A stretch of 64,000 nucleotides of DNA from a virus (IMGVR_UViG_3300031884_000939:94514-158513), one strand, 5' to 3'. Shown: positions 36,062 to 45,971, counted from the first letter of the stretch. Program-made: numbers and translations. The notes: generated by a model not told the origin, from the sequence alone.

Positions 36062-38110
36062 ATGCTTCGCAAACTTTTACTCAGTCCATGGACTGCGTTA
36101 ATTACTGTAGGATTAATTACAGCTCTCCGTATTGCCGATCCTACATTTGTCGAATCAGTTCGACTACGCTATTTTGATACCTTAGTTACTAGTAAGGCAC
36201 CAGAAGTTATTGGCGTTCATGTTGTAAACATAGATGAAAAGGCATTAGAAAAATATGGACAATTTCCTTTCAGTCGGGATATCTACGGACGCATTATCTC
36301 CGATCTTTATAATCGCAACGCTGGTCTTGTTGTGTTCAATATTCTTACTCCTGATGGTGATCGTATGGGCAGGGATGGAGCGTATGTACAAGCATTGGGA
36401 AGGTTCCCATCAATTCTGCCAAACTTGGGTTCATCTCAAAATCGCAACAAAGCGAAAGTTCCGGGATCCGTTGTAATAGGTCCTTACAATAATCAAATAG
36501 TAGAATACCCAGGGATCATTGCTAACATACCTGCTGTAGAAAATGCTGCCGCCGGTGTTGGTATTGTAAACACTTTTCCTGAGATAGACGGAGTAGTACG
36601 CCGTGCCCCATTAGTAATTGCTAGTCAAGGTAAATTATATCCTAGTTTAGCTATGGAAACATTACGAGTGGCTGGAGCCGATACTACCTTCCAAGTTAAG
36701 CTCAACGAGAACGGTGTTGAGAAAATGCGTATTCCTGCGTTTGGTCCTATCGCGACAGACAGTCTAAGTCGTATATGGATTGATTGGAGTATGGTTCCCG
36801 AAGTTCATAGCCTTACTGACTTACCTAAAGATTTTGATGGCGAGATAGTCATTGTTGGCGTAAGTGCCGCAGGTCTCGCTAATCCAGTAGCGACAAGTAA
36901 GGGCGAGATGTTGCCACAAGAATTACAAGCGGCTGTACTAGGTACGGTTATTGCTAATAAAGATCGACCAGTTATCACTCGTCCAGATTGGGCTGATGGA
37001 GCAGAAGTCATTGGTTTAGTTATATTAGCTTTGGTATTATTATTTTTAACAAGGTATGTGTATGTTGGACTTATTGCTAGTATTAGTTTCATTGTTCTTC
37101 TTTTGTGTGCTGGGCACTACAGTTATTCGCTTTATAGCTACTTACTTGATGTTACTATTCCTGTCGGTGGTCTTATACTCGTATCTCTTCACGCCTATGG
37201 GGTTAAATTTGTAAGCGAGTTCTTACAGAAGCAAGCAATCAAGAAACAGTTTGCTGGATATGCTAGTCCGACTGTAGTTAAGTTGTTACAAGAAAATCCA
37301 GACTTAATCAAGAAGGGTATCAAGCGTGAAGTATCTATCTGCTTTAGTGACCTTCGTGGCTTTACTCCGTTAGGCGAATCGTTTGGTGATGATGTAGGCG
37401 GACTTACTCGAGTTATGAATGGCTACATGGATGCAATTACACAACCTATCCTAGAAGCTAACGGTATGGTTATTAAGTACATTGGTGATGCGTCAATGCA
37501 CATACACAATGCTCCTATCGATGATCCGGATCATCCTAAGACTGCGGTAGCAGTTGGATTAAAGATGGTCAAGGCTGTTAAGGAATATAGTAAACAGTTA
37601 GAGGCACAAGGTCGTCCTGGTGTTAAGATGGGTGCTGGTATTAACACAGGCTTAGGCTACATTGGCGAAATGGGCTCTACTCAGCGTCACAGTTACGATG
37701 TACTGGGCGATGCTGTATCAACTACAGCTCGTATCGAAAGTAAGTGTAAAGAATATGGATGTGTATTATTGGTTGGAGAAGAAACTGTTAAGCGTTGTGC
37801 GGACGATTACTTCTTTTTAAAGATTGACGACTTGACTGTCAAAGGTAAAAGTGTCGGAGTTGGTATCTACACAGTACTAGATGATGTTACGCCTGAATAT
37901 GTCTTAGCTGGTAAAACACATGATAAAATGCATCAACTATATAGACTTCAAAAGTTTGATGCGGCTATTATATTATGCCAAGAACTTAAAGCAGAGTTCG
38001 ATGGCAAGATGTCAGTTTATTATGATATGTGGATTGAGCGTTGTGAGTTCCAGAAGACGCAGGACCTGCCCGAAGATTGGAACGGCGTCTTCATTGCGAC
38101 TAGCAAATAA
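36062..38110 (+). CDS. CHASE2-domain class III adenylate cyclase
   Basis: CHASE2 (VNIDEKAL..YGQFPFSR, EIDGVVRR.PL); three TM helices; FSDLRGFT, KYIGDA, GINTG..GEMGS.R.SYDVLGDAV..ARIE; C-terminal PEDWNGVF. Confidence 0.92.
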   Translation: MLRKLLLSPWTALITVGLITALRIADPTFVESVRLRYFDTLVTSKAPEVIGVHVVNIDEKALEKYGQFPFSRDIYGRIISDLYNRNAGLVVFNILTPDGDRMGRDGAYVQALGRFPSILPNLGSSQNRNKAKVPGSVVIGPYNNQIVEYPGIIANIPAVENAAAGVGIVNTFPEIDGVVRRAPLVIASQGKLYPSLAMETLRVAGADTTFQVKLNENGVEKMRIPAFGPIATDSLSRIWIDWSMVPEVHSLTDLPKDFDGEIVIVGVSAAGLANPVATSKGEMLPQELQAAVLGTVIANKDRPVITRPDWADGAEVIGLVILALVLLFLTRYVYVGLIASISFIVLLLCAGHYSYSLYSYLLDVTIPVGGLILVSLHAYGVKFVSEFLQKQAIKKQFAGYASPTVVKLLQENPDLIKKGIKREVSICFSDLRGFTPLGESFGDDVGGLTRVMNGYMDAITQPILEANGMVIKYIGDASMHIHNAPIDDPDHPKTAVAVGLKMVKAVKEYSKQLEAQGRPGVKMGAGINTGLGYIGEMGSTQRHSYDVLGDAVSTTARIESKCKEYGCVLLVGEETVKRCADDYFFLKIDDLTVKGKSVGVGIYTVLDDVTPEYVLAGKTHDKMHQLYRLQKFDAAIILCQELKAEFDGKMSVYYDMWIERCEFQKTQDLPEDWNGVFIATSK

Positions 38111-38323
38111 TTAAGCGTAATCCGGAACCTGTGGGTGAGAACCGTCGATAATTTCTGTATGTTGAATTTCGCCTGATTCTGCATCATAAATTTTAAAACT
38201 ATGCGGACCACGATTGTAAGCCAATGCTTTAGCTTCTTCATGTGAGTCAGCAAAATGTTCTTCTGTAAACAAACGACCATCGAACCATGTGAATAATTTT
38301 ACTTTGTGTTTTTTGTGTGACAT
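38111..38323 (-). CDS. Hypothetical protein
   Basis: AAGGA RBS, 70 aa. Confidence 0.6.
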   Translation of the reverse strand: MSHKKHKVKLFTWFDGRLFTEEHFADSHEEAKALAYNRGPHSFKIYDAESGEIQHTEIIDGSHPQVPDYA

Positions 38324-38334
38324 TTTTATTTCCT

Positions 38335-39387
38335 TTATTGTTTAAAATACTTAGTCCAAACTTTGCGAGTTTGGGTCGTATAGTTGGTTAATTTGCGTTG
38401 ATTTAACCATACATTAACTTGTGGCATAACATAGCTTCTGTACAGCTTGTTAGCTATATCGTGACTATTAGTTGGATCAGCATTAAAATAATTACTGCTC
38501 CAAGGAATCTCGACACTACCTACTAACGGAACTCCTTGACTAACTAAGTCAGCACCTACAATGTTAAATGTTTCACTAAAACTAACTTGTAATCCAATGT
38601 CCATTTGAGCACAAATTTTTAAGAAATCTTCTCTAGGACACCATTGATGATTAATCATTTCATGTCCTGTTCCTGCTAATTGCTCAAACAAACCTTTGAG
38701 ATTATTAAGAACAGGGCTACCATTCATTTCGATACGACCAGCATTAACATGGAATCGTAATTTTTTGCCAATGCGCCCAGCAAACTCCAAAGCAGCAAAT
38801 GCTTGCAACAAGTGATTTTTTAATGGGCGGATAGCTCCAAAACATCCAACATCAACATAATCTTTATCTTTGTTAAATTGTTTGGTTACATAATCTTGTG
38901 GATAAAAGTTGGGTTGATATAATACACGGGACCATGTTTGCTGATTGGTCCAGTTATTGCGTACTTGCAAGTAGTTGCGTATTTCTTGTAGCATTCTTGG
39001 AGCATTACAAGAAATGTACACATTCTTAAATGTAGTATAATCACCTACCCAATTTAGGGCATTTCCCTCACCTGCCATAAAAGGCATTTCAGAATGTAAG
39101 CGAATGATCCACTTTACTGTAGGATGTAATTTTTGTAAAATAACAAACTTGCTAGGCACCGACCAAAGTGCTTCAATAATTACGTGTGTTGGCTTGTGTT
39201 TAGTCACTAGTCGATCAATACAGTTATTATCAATAGCAACTTCGAGCACACTATCTAAACCAGCTTCTGTCATCATGTTGTTCATAAAACTAGCAGAATT
39301 ATATAAGCCTGTGGATAACCCCACATGACTGTGTAGCGACGCAGAGTAATCTTCTCTTCGCTTGAGTATGAATAGTGTTTTTGTCAT
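38335..39387 (-). CDS. Divergent GT-B glycosyltransferase
   Basis: GCFGAIRPLKN; DIGLQVSFSETFNIVGAD..S.GVP. Confidence 0.75.
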   Translation of the reverse strand: MTKTLFILKRREDYSASLHSHVGLSTGLYNSASFMNNMMTEAGLDSVLEVAIDNNCIDRLVTKHKPTHVIIEALWSVPSKFVILQKLHPTVKWIIRLHSEMPFMAGEGNALNWVGDYTTFKNVYISCNAPRMLQEIRNYLQVRNNWTNQQTWSRVLYQPNFYPQDYVTKQFNKDKDYVDVGCFGAIRPLKNHLLQAFAALEFAGRIGKKLRFHVNAGRIEMNGSPVLNNLKGLFEQLAGTGHEMINHQWCPREDFLKICAQMDIGLQVSFSETFNIVGADLVSQGVPLVGSVEIPWSSNYFNADPTNSHDIANKLYRSYVMPQVNVWLNQRKLTNYTTQTRKVWTKYFKQ

Positions 39388-39457
39388 TTCGCTGTATGCA
39401 TTAAGAATAATATACAGCTATTTAGTATTATAGCAAAAATTGAAGATTAAATATTTG

Positions 39458-39772
39458 TTACGCACTACCGCCGGAGGCTTCGTTATCGTTTGATGTTTTA
39501 TTGATTTCTGTTTCTGCTTGTACTCGTTCTGCTTCAATACTTTTGCCGCGCAGGTGTAATACAGTATTAACTTTTTGATTTAATCGAATCAAATCATTGT
39601 CCAACATACGGATGCGGTCGATAAGAGCAATAAGAACTGTGTTAGCATCATTGATTACAGGTTTGATTTCTTTGGTTGCCCATTCCCAAACCATGTGAAT
39701 GATAAAGCCCATACCAACCGCCATAACGATTGGGAATCCATATTTGCTAATTGCGTCTGCTATTCCGCCCAT
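39458..39772 (-). CDS. Single-TM coiled-coil protein (YvrJ/holin-like), paralogue A
   Basis: YGFPIV TM segment, then LIDRIRMLDNDLIRL. Confidence 0.6.
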   Translation of the reverse strand: MGGIADAISKYGFPIVMAVGMGFIIHMVWEWATKEIKPVINDANTVLIALIDRIRMLDNDLIRLNQKVNTVLHLRGKSIEAERVQAETEINKTSNDNEASGGSA

Positions 39773-39870
39773 TTTTTCTTCTCTCTTTGATTTCTTGATT
39801 ACAAATTTTTATATACATCTCTAGCCACTTATGTCTGTTAATAACATAGTTGGCTCGATTATATGGCCAT

Positions 39871-40071
39871 TCAACTACCTTGTTCATTCTTAGCCGCACC
39901 ATCTTCTAAAAACTTAACCAACGGGTCTATTTTAATTAACAGTTGCCGACCATTTACATTTACAAACTTAAATAAATCTCCTGATTTCCAACCTAGCTTG
40001 TCAGTGTTAAGCTCTTCGTCTAATACGATTTTATCTTTAGTTAAGTACCACTGGTAATCGTAGTGAAACAT
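39871..40071 (-). CDS. Small AbrB-like hypothetical protein
   Basis: LGWKSGD.F motif. Confidence 0.45.
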   Translation of the reverse strand: MFHYDYQWYLTKDKIVLDEELNTDKLGWKSGDLFKFVNVNGRQLLIKIDPLVKFLEDGAAKNEQGS

Positions 40072-40352
40072 TAATCTCTTCTCGCATCTGTTTTACCGTC
40101 GGCACGACTAATACGATCCACATCTGGGCGTAAACCTAATGCATTGCTAACTACTGTATCGATACGGATGACATCATGGTTCATAGTTTTAACACGGTTG
40201 TCTAATGCTGTAATAATGCCAGCCATACTTTTTACTGCGGATAACACTCCAGCTAATAATAGCTTAATTGTAAGATACACAAAATAGCCGCCAGCTAGCG
40301 CCGCAACGACTGGAAAACCTAGATCACCTACGATCTTGAATACTTCATTCAT
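40071..40352 (-). CDS. Single-TM coiled-coil protein (YvrJ/holin-like), paralogue B
   Basis: LGFPVV TM segment, then LDNRVKTMNHDVIRID. Confidence 0.6.
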   Translation of the reverse strand: MNEVFKIVGDLGFPVVAALAGGYFVYLTIKLLLAGVLSAVKSMAGIITALDNRVKTMNHDVIRIDTVVSNALGLRPDVDRISRADGKTDARRD

Positions 40353-40385
40353 TATAACCCCTTATTATTTTTATTATACTACTAT

Positions 40386-41174
40386 TTAGTTGCCCTGGCG
40401 TACAGTTACCGTTCCGCAGGTAGTTACACAAGTTTGGGTAATACTATAATTTTGACCTCCAGTTTGAGTTAAATTCACACTAGCAGGAGCGCCAGCGTTT
40501 ATTAAGGTTATACTAGCACTATTAGGAGTACTACCGCTTTGATTTACAATAGCACTATTTCCATTTCCGGATTCTGATACATTTAAGTAATGACCAGCTG
40601 ATCCAGATTGCGTGGCTGATACTGTATTACTATTTCCATTAACGCTAGCAAATAGTTGCATTCTTGCCGTACCTGTTTGGGTAATCCCAACTGTGTTTAA
40701 GTCGCCTATAATATTTAAAGTTGCTGATTGGCCAGAGTTTGATGTAGTATTTTGTTGACTCGTAGTAATCATATTATCTGATCCATTAACATAAACATAT
40801 TGATAATGGCCACCAACATCGAGCCCAGTTGATAGTCCAACAACATCTGTTCCTTGGTTTAAATTTAAAATATTCCCAGGACCAATAACTGTCATATCAA
40901 TTTTATTTTTACCAGTGTTAGCAATTGGATCACCTTGTCTTGTTGTGATTTGATTTGCGCCACCACTAACTACAGCAATATGCGTACTTGAATTGAGAGT
41001 ATTGCCGCTTGCTCCTTCTAGAATATTGCTTGTACCGTTTTGTATAAGATTATAAGTGTCGCCTGTACCTATTTGATTAATATAGATAGAATTTGTGGTA
41101 ATAGGTTGTGAATGTGCCATAGGACTACAATATCCTAACCCAGCAACAAGAATGATTAATAAAAATTTTACCAC
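40386..41174 (-). CDS. Secreted curlin-repeat protein (CsgA/CsgB-like)
   Basis: Signal peptide; repeated Q-x-G-x-x-N units (INQIGTGD, LIQNGTSN, ATQSG, VNQSG, LTQTG); terminal CxxxC. Confidence 0.75.
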   Translation of the reverse strand: MVKFLLIILVAGLGYCSPMAHSQPITTNSIYINQIGTGDTYNLIQNGTSNILEGASGNTLNSSTHIAVVSGGANQITTRQGDPIANTGKNKIDMTVIGPGNILNLNQGTDVVGLSTGLDVGGHYQYVYVNGSDNMITTSQQNTTSNSGQSATLNIIGDLNTVGITQTGTARMQLFASVNGNSNTVSATQSGSAGHYLNVSESGNGNSAIVNQSGSTPNSASITLINAGAPASVNLTQTGGQNYSITQTCVTTCGTVTVRQGN

Positions 41175-41854
41175 GATTTACTAACTCCTAACACCCAAGC
41201 GTTGCGATATAACTCATGCCCATCGACTGTATTAACTGTTTTAAAGTCTGCGCTTAGACCGCTGTTCCAATAATATGAAACAGATACATCTACGTCAAAT
41301 ATGTTATATGTAGGGCCAACTCGCCAGTCAGTGTAACTTAACCACGTAACAGGACTAACTGTTCGGCCAGCATGACTTACTAGTGTTATCTCTTTTATAG
41401 GCAAATAATTGTCTACGCTGTAATATTGTGTGCCTACAGTATTAGCAACACCAAACTCATTAGTTAAACTGCGATAATATTTAAATGTAAAATAAGGAAC
41501 ACGTAACTGAGCAAAAACTTCATTAGTATAATAGTTAGTAGCTCCAGGATAGTTATAAGTGTAATCCCCTACAAATATTTTTACATCATCATTAAATTTA
41601 TAATGATAGCCACCATACACATCAGCTTCTCCGCCGATACCATTATTGTATTCCTGTTTGCTTACTGTATTAAGTTTATTGCCCAACCATACTCCGCTAT
41701 CGTCACGATATTCTATTTGACTAGCTATACTTGGCGCCATATTAGATTGACTAACACCACGGAATCTATAATCGCTAACTACTCCTTCGGTTATATCAAT
41801 TGTACCTGCGTAGACAGGAGAACAAAATAATAAAATTAATAATATTCGTTTCAT
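41168..41854 (-). CDS. Outer-membrane beta-barrel (TorF-family putative porin)
   Basis: Signal peptide; SDYRFRGVSQS, EADVYGGY, Y.DW.VG; aromatic C-terminal residue. Confidence 0.8.
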   Translation of the reverse strand: MKRILLILLFCSPVYAGTIDITEGVVSDYRFRGVSQSNMAPSIASQIEYRDDSGVWLGNKLNTVSKQEYNNGIGGEADVYGGYHYKFNDDVKIFVGDYTYNYPGATNYYTNEVFAQLRVPYFTFKYYRSLTNEFGVANTVGTQYYSVDNYLPIKEITLVSHAGRTVSPVTWLSYTDWRVGPTYNIFDVDVSVSYYWNSGLSADFKTVNTVDGHELYRNAWVLGVSKSW

Positions 41855-41855
41855 A

Positions 41856-43016
41856 TTAGTTCTGCTTCGTTGTTATAAAAGTATTGCCACCTTGATTAAC
41901 ACGGTTAGTAATTGTTACATTGCCCGCCTGTGTTTGGCTAATAGTACTATTTTGTCCATGTGGGGTTGTAACGCAACTAGTATTACTATTAGCATCTCCT
42001 CGACATAACTGTACTGATATTGGATCTACTGTGGCTACCACACCAGTTTTACTATTGTAATCGGGTAACAGTTGATTTTTAGGAGGCGCAAGCAAATTAC
42101 CAAATTCTTGTGCTAGCTGTTCATTCATTAATTGTAATATACTTTCAAGAAAATCTTGGTCTAATAAATTACGCTGTAAGGCATTAGAATATATTTGATT
42201 GTTTTCAGCGGCTAGTACACTACTTAAATCAACTCCTTGTAAAAAATTTTGACTTAAGGCCGTAACATTTTGATGCTTTTCGTCATCTCTTTCTTTTGTC
42301 GCATTTTTAATTTCTTGTGGAGGTGCTAATATTAATATGTTACTTATTGCGTCTTCTGATAGATGTAATGTTGTTGGTTTTGTCGGAGCGACATTTCGAG
42401 CTACCACTTTGGTTCCTTGAAATGGTTGATCTAATAATACACTACCCGCTTCATTAATAACTTCAATTTTTCCAGTTTTACACAAACGCTCTATTTCGTC
42501 TGGAAGCATATCTTTACGAGGGCAAGACGGTAATAAAATAACAGTACTTGCGCCAAGCTCATCTACTGTAGCGGTAAAGTCAGTACCCCGGACAGCCACA
42601 GTAGCAGTAGGAGTATTAATAGCCACGCTATTAGGATTGTTGTGAGCAATGGCACCACTAGCGTATCGAACAGTACCCGAAGCCATGTTAAGAGCCAGTT
42701 TACCAACTCCTTTACTTTTTGGATCATATACGAATTCATCAATAACGAGTTTAGAATTTTCATTTACTTGTACTTTTGTATCGTCGGCGAAAACAATTAC
42801 AACTTTACCTTGTTTCGTGTTTATTGCGTCGGCCATCTCCACCCCAGTCCCCTTTGTCCCGGGTAGAGTCGTCTTGGCTCTTTGAATCTGAGCTGGATTG
42901 TTTACTTGTTCGGTAATAGTTCCTATTGCGGCTTCGCAGTTCGTGTAAGTATTGAACAAGCCCACGCAAAACATGACTATCCATAATTTTAATCTCCCTT
43001 TTCGAACCAATAACAT
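41856..43016 (-). CDS. FecR-domain exported protein with a curlin-like C-terminal tail (exact start uncertain)
   Basis: D.I.T...I.F.DDT.V.V.ENSKLVIDEFVYDP, G..RYASG, TPTATVAVRGTDF. Confidence 0.85.
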   Translation of the reverse strand: MLLVRKGRLKLWIVMFCVGLFNTYTNCEAAIGTITEQVNNPAQIQRAKTTLPGTKGTGVEMADAINTKQGKVVIVFADDTKVQVNENSKLVIDEFVYDPKSKGVGKLALNMASGTVRYASGAIAHNNPNSVAINTPTATVAVRGTDFTATVDELGASTVILLPSCPRKDMLPDEIERLCKTGKIEVINEAGSVLLDQPFQGTKVVARNVAPTKPTTLHLSEDAISNILILAPPQEIKNATKERDDEKHQNVTALSQNFLQGVDLSSVLAAENNQIYSNALQRNLLDQDFLESILQLMNEQLAQEFGNLLAPPKNQLLPDYNSKTGVVATVDPISVQLCRGDANSNTSCVTTPHGQNSTISQTQAGNVTITNRVNQGGNTFITTKQN

Positions 43017-43162
43017 TTTTGTAATTCTCTCATTAATTGGTCTTTCGATTCGTGTGTAAGTCTGTGGGCTAATTCTACAAAGTCCACGGCTCTACTAGCA
43101 ACATTAGACTGACCATCGCTCCACTGTTGATATACTGTTTTTAGGAAACGAAGGTCTGCCAT
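42989..43162 (-). CDS. 57-aa hypothetical protein inside the curli-like operon
   Basis: ATG 1 nt after the curlin stop. Confidence 0.45.
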   Translation of the reverse strand: MADLRFLKTVYQQWSDGQSNVASRAVDFVELAHRLTHESKDQLMRELQKCYWFEKGD

Positions 43163-43163
43163 A

Positions 43164-44069
43164 TTAATGATGTTGTACGATTGTCCAGTTGTTACTACCA
43201 CCACTACTTTGAATATTTGTGGTATTATTACCTGTTGTGGCACTTTGGGTAACATTAAATGTATTGCCGCTTCCAGTCAATCCTAGCACAAAAGTATTAT
43301 CTGCTGTGCCTGTTTGACTAGCTGTAAGACTATTGCTAGATCCTGTTAAAGAACCAACAACAGATATTCCAGTAGCATTATATCCGCCTACAGTAATAGT
43401 ATCACCATTTGTTCCACCGGTTTGTGTAATGCCAAAAGTATTACTTGCTCCAGTGCTATTTAATGTAACTGCTGCGTTAGTAGCTACAGTAGTTGAGTTA
43501 CCTTGAACAAGATTTAAACTATTATTGCCACCGCCGTTCATTACAATGGTATCAGCATTACTTGTGCCATATATACTAGCAACTACAGAATTATATGTTC
43601 CACCAGCAGTAGTAGCTGTGAAGTTATTTCCTGTACCTAATAAATTAATATTTAAATTAGAATAATTGCCAGTTTGTGTTACTGCGATATTATTACTTGC
43701 GCTAGTATCAGAGCCATCGTTATTACTATTAATAACAGCGGTAGCATTATTACCTGTTACAGAGTAACTATAATTGTTACCGGTTAATCCATTAGCTACA
43801 CTTGTTTGTATTCCAAATTGTAATGTATTACCAGTACCAATTTGACTAACTGATACGATATTATTGTTACCAACAATAACGGCTGGCGTGGTAGCACTTG
43901 TACCTGTGCCTTGTACGCCTTCTACTGCGTTTCCTGCGCCATCTTGTGTAACAGAAATACTACTGTTACCTCCTGATTGATTAATGTAGATGGTATTATC
44001 AGCACCAAACACATTTAAACTTGCTACAGCTAGCATTGTTATTATTGTTTTCGCTAGGTTTATTTTCAT
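43164..44069 (-). CDS. Secreted curlin-repeat protein (major curlin-like)
   Basis: Signal peptide; N.IYINQSG, VTQDGAGN, VSQIGTGN, VTQTGN, LLGTGNN, ASQTG, LTGSGN repeats; very few charged residues. Confidence 0.78.
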   Translation of the reverse strand: MKINLAKTIITMLAVASLNVFGADNTIYINQSGGNSSISVTQDGAGNAVEGVQGTGTSATTPAVIVGNNNIVSVSQIGTGNTLQFGIQTSVANGLTGNNYSYSVTGNNATAVINSNNDGSDTSASNNIAVTQTGNYSNLNINLLGTGNNFTATTAGGTYNSVVASIYGTSNADTIVMNGGGNNSLNLVQGNSTTVATNAAVTLNSTGASNTFGITQTGGTNGDTITVGGYNATGISVVGSLTGSSNSLTASQTGTADNTFVLGLTGSGNTFNVTQSATTGNNTTNIQSSGGSNNWTIVQHH

Positions 44070-44096
44070 TTTACTTCTTCCTTTGGTCTTAGACCA

Positions 44097-45059
44097 TTAT
44101 TTTACAATTCCTATTTTTGCCTCTACATCTGCTGGTAAACTCGGATTTTTAGACATACCGAGTGGAATTGTTGCGGTGCCGTTTGCTTCTGGATTTGGAA
44201 CTACTGGTGCTACTTGGACATAATCCCAAACACCTTTGCGTTGCCCTTCTTTAATTAATTCTACTACACTTGATTCAATAGTTGTTTTAAGTGCTATTGT
44301 TGTAGCTTCGTTAATTGTTAATCCAGATTCAAATTGAAATATTGCTGCTGCCGCATCTGTTGCGCCGTTGTTACTAGCGCCTACTTGTTTAACTATACTG
44401 CTTATGCCACCTGGATCAATACTTTTAAAAATGGCAATACTATCTGCGGTACTGTAAACAATCTTTGTAACGGTTACCGACGCTAAGATTTTACCAGTGT
44501 TTACACTTACTGCTCGTAAACTAATTGTAATAATATCTTTACTGTATTGAGTCGATGGGCCAATACCTAGGAAATTATATCCAATGCCCCCTGACTCTAA
44601 CCCAGTGTCGTAACCAATAATCCCACCTTCAATAATAACTCCAGCAAATTGTAGTGGCATTAATTTCTGTGCGTCTTTACCTTCATAGGCTTGGCGCATC
44701 TGTGTAATAATTAATCTTTCTTTAGTAAGCGCATCAATATTACCGCGCTCGACTACTTCAAACCATTGACCTTTACCTACATCTTGTAAGGCACGAATCA
44801 GTAAAGCATCTCCGCCTTGTGTAACCGCTGTACTAAAACTAGCAATACCCGGAACGGCTTTACGCTGTCCAGTTTTATCAGCGAACTGATATACTGCTAC
44901 AGTAAGTTTGCCTTTGGCTGGAGGAGGTACAGCATCAAATTCTTTTTGTAGTTCATTTTTAGGAATTTGCGGTTTATGATCCGGGACACCAATTTTCTGG
45001 CCTATAGCACAACCAGATAACATAACGATTAAGACTAATGTAGGAAATAATTTACGCAT
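44097..45059 (-). CDS. csgG: Curli secretion channel CsgG-like lipoprotein
   Basis: Lipobox LSGC; VAVYQFADKTGQRK, FSTAVTQG, WFEVVER..IDALTKER.II, IIEGGIIGYD, LRAVSVNTG.IL. Confidence 0.92.
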   Translation of the reverse strand: MRKLFPTLVLIVMLSGCAIGQKIGVPDHKPQIPKNELQKEFDAVPPPAKGKLTVAVYQFADKTGQRKAVPGIASFSTAVTQGGDALLIRALQDVGKGQWFEVVERGNIDALTKERLIITQMRQAYEGKDAQKLMPLQFAGVIIEGGIIGYDTGLESGGIGYNFLGIGPSTQYSKDIITISLRAVSVNTGKILASVTVTKIVYSTADSIAIFKSIDPGGISSIVKQVGASNNGATDAAAAIFQFESGLTINEATTIALKTTIESSVVELIKEGQRKGVWDYVQVAPVVPNPEANGTATIPLGMSKNPSLPADVEAKIGIVK

Positions 45060-45526
45060 TATTGACCGCTTCCTGTGATATTAAATGAGCCAAGCGGAAC
45101 ATTAATTGTAGTAATATTTCCTACATTGTCTGTTACTTGAAGTTGAATTACCGATCCAGTATTAGTCCAGAAAATTGTATTGCCTTGAAAATTCATTTGT
45201 CCGCTAGTAGAGCTTCCACCGGCAAACATAGCTGTAGCTAAATTTTGACTAATCTGTGCGTAAATGCGAGATTCAAGATTAGTTAAAAATTGATTGATTG
45301 GTGTGTTAGCGGCGTCAGCTTTTGCTTGGGCTTGGGCTGCAATTAGAGCCTGTTGAATTGCCTGTGAACGAGCATATTGTTCGTTTTCTAAAGCCATTTG
45401 AAATGAGCCGTAACCGTTTCCGTTAAGACTTGGGCTTTTAAATTGATAATCCGCTATAGGCGTTGCGACGGCTTGTAAGGAGATCGCAGATAAACATAGC
45501 AGAGTCGTTCTTATTATTATTTTCAT
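45059..45526 (-). CDS. csgF: Curli assembly protein CsgF-like
   Basis: Signal peptide; YQFKSPSLNG.GY...EN; F..NLESRIYAQIS; TTINVP; directly upstream of csgG. Confidence 0.8.
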   Translation of the reverse strand: MKIIIRTTLLCLSAISLQAVATPIADYQFKSPSLNGNGYGSFQMALENEQYARSQAIQQALIAAQAQAKADAANTPINQFLTNLESRIYAQISQNLATAMFAGGSSTSGQMNFQGNTIFWTNTGSVIQLQVTDNVGNITTINVPLGSFNITGSGQ

Positions 45527-45620
45527 ACTCTCGCTCCTACTATTATTTAACAGTAAAAAGCAAGTAGTTAAGTTATGTTATAACTTGTTCTAGAGCAAAA
45601 GGTTAGCTCTGGGGAGAATG

Positions 45621-45971
45621 TTATTTTGCTATAATTCCTGTCCAGGACTCGTCTGGCTCGTTTTCTTTGTATTCTATAAGGCGTTTAGCAAGGATTTCAT
45701 AGAAGGTATCAACTTGTTTGCCCCAGAAGCCCATTAAATGTCCAATGGCTTGAGTACAGAAATCCCAGTTACGCTTACGATATTGCTCCATCATATCAGA
45801 ATGAAGTTTTTTGAATTTGTCAGCTTTAGGCAGTTCTTCAAGGGGTATATTTTCGATAATACAGTACACAGTAATGGGAGTACTGCTTTTAATAGTAACG
45901 GTATCTAACTCAAGTACAATATACTTCTCGCTAAGTTGTTCTGCTTCGCTGGTGCCAAAAATAATATTCAA
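45621..45971 (-). CDS. Stand-alone homologue of the cyclase C-terminal helical (TPR-like) domain
   Basis: LELDTVTIK...VYCI...YRKRNWD...FYE....R....PDESWTGII aligns by eye with cyclase LKIDDLTVK...IYTV...YRLQKFD...YYD....R....PEDWNGVF. Confidence 0.65.
   Translation of the reverse strand: MNIIFGTSEAEQLSEKYIVLELDTVTIKSSTPITVYCIIENIPLEELPKADKFKKLHSDMMEQYRKRNWDFCTQAIGHLMGFWGKQVDTFYEILAKRLIEYKENEPDESWTGIIAK

Noticed and set aside
36062-38110. Pycsar/CBASS-type defence cyclase
   Set aside because: Membrane CHASE2 sensor architecture with adenine-specifying residues and no adjacent TIR or cNMP-binding effector.
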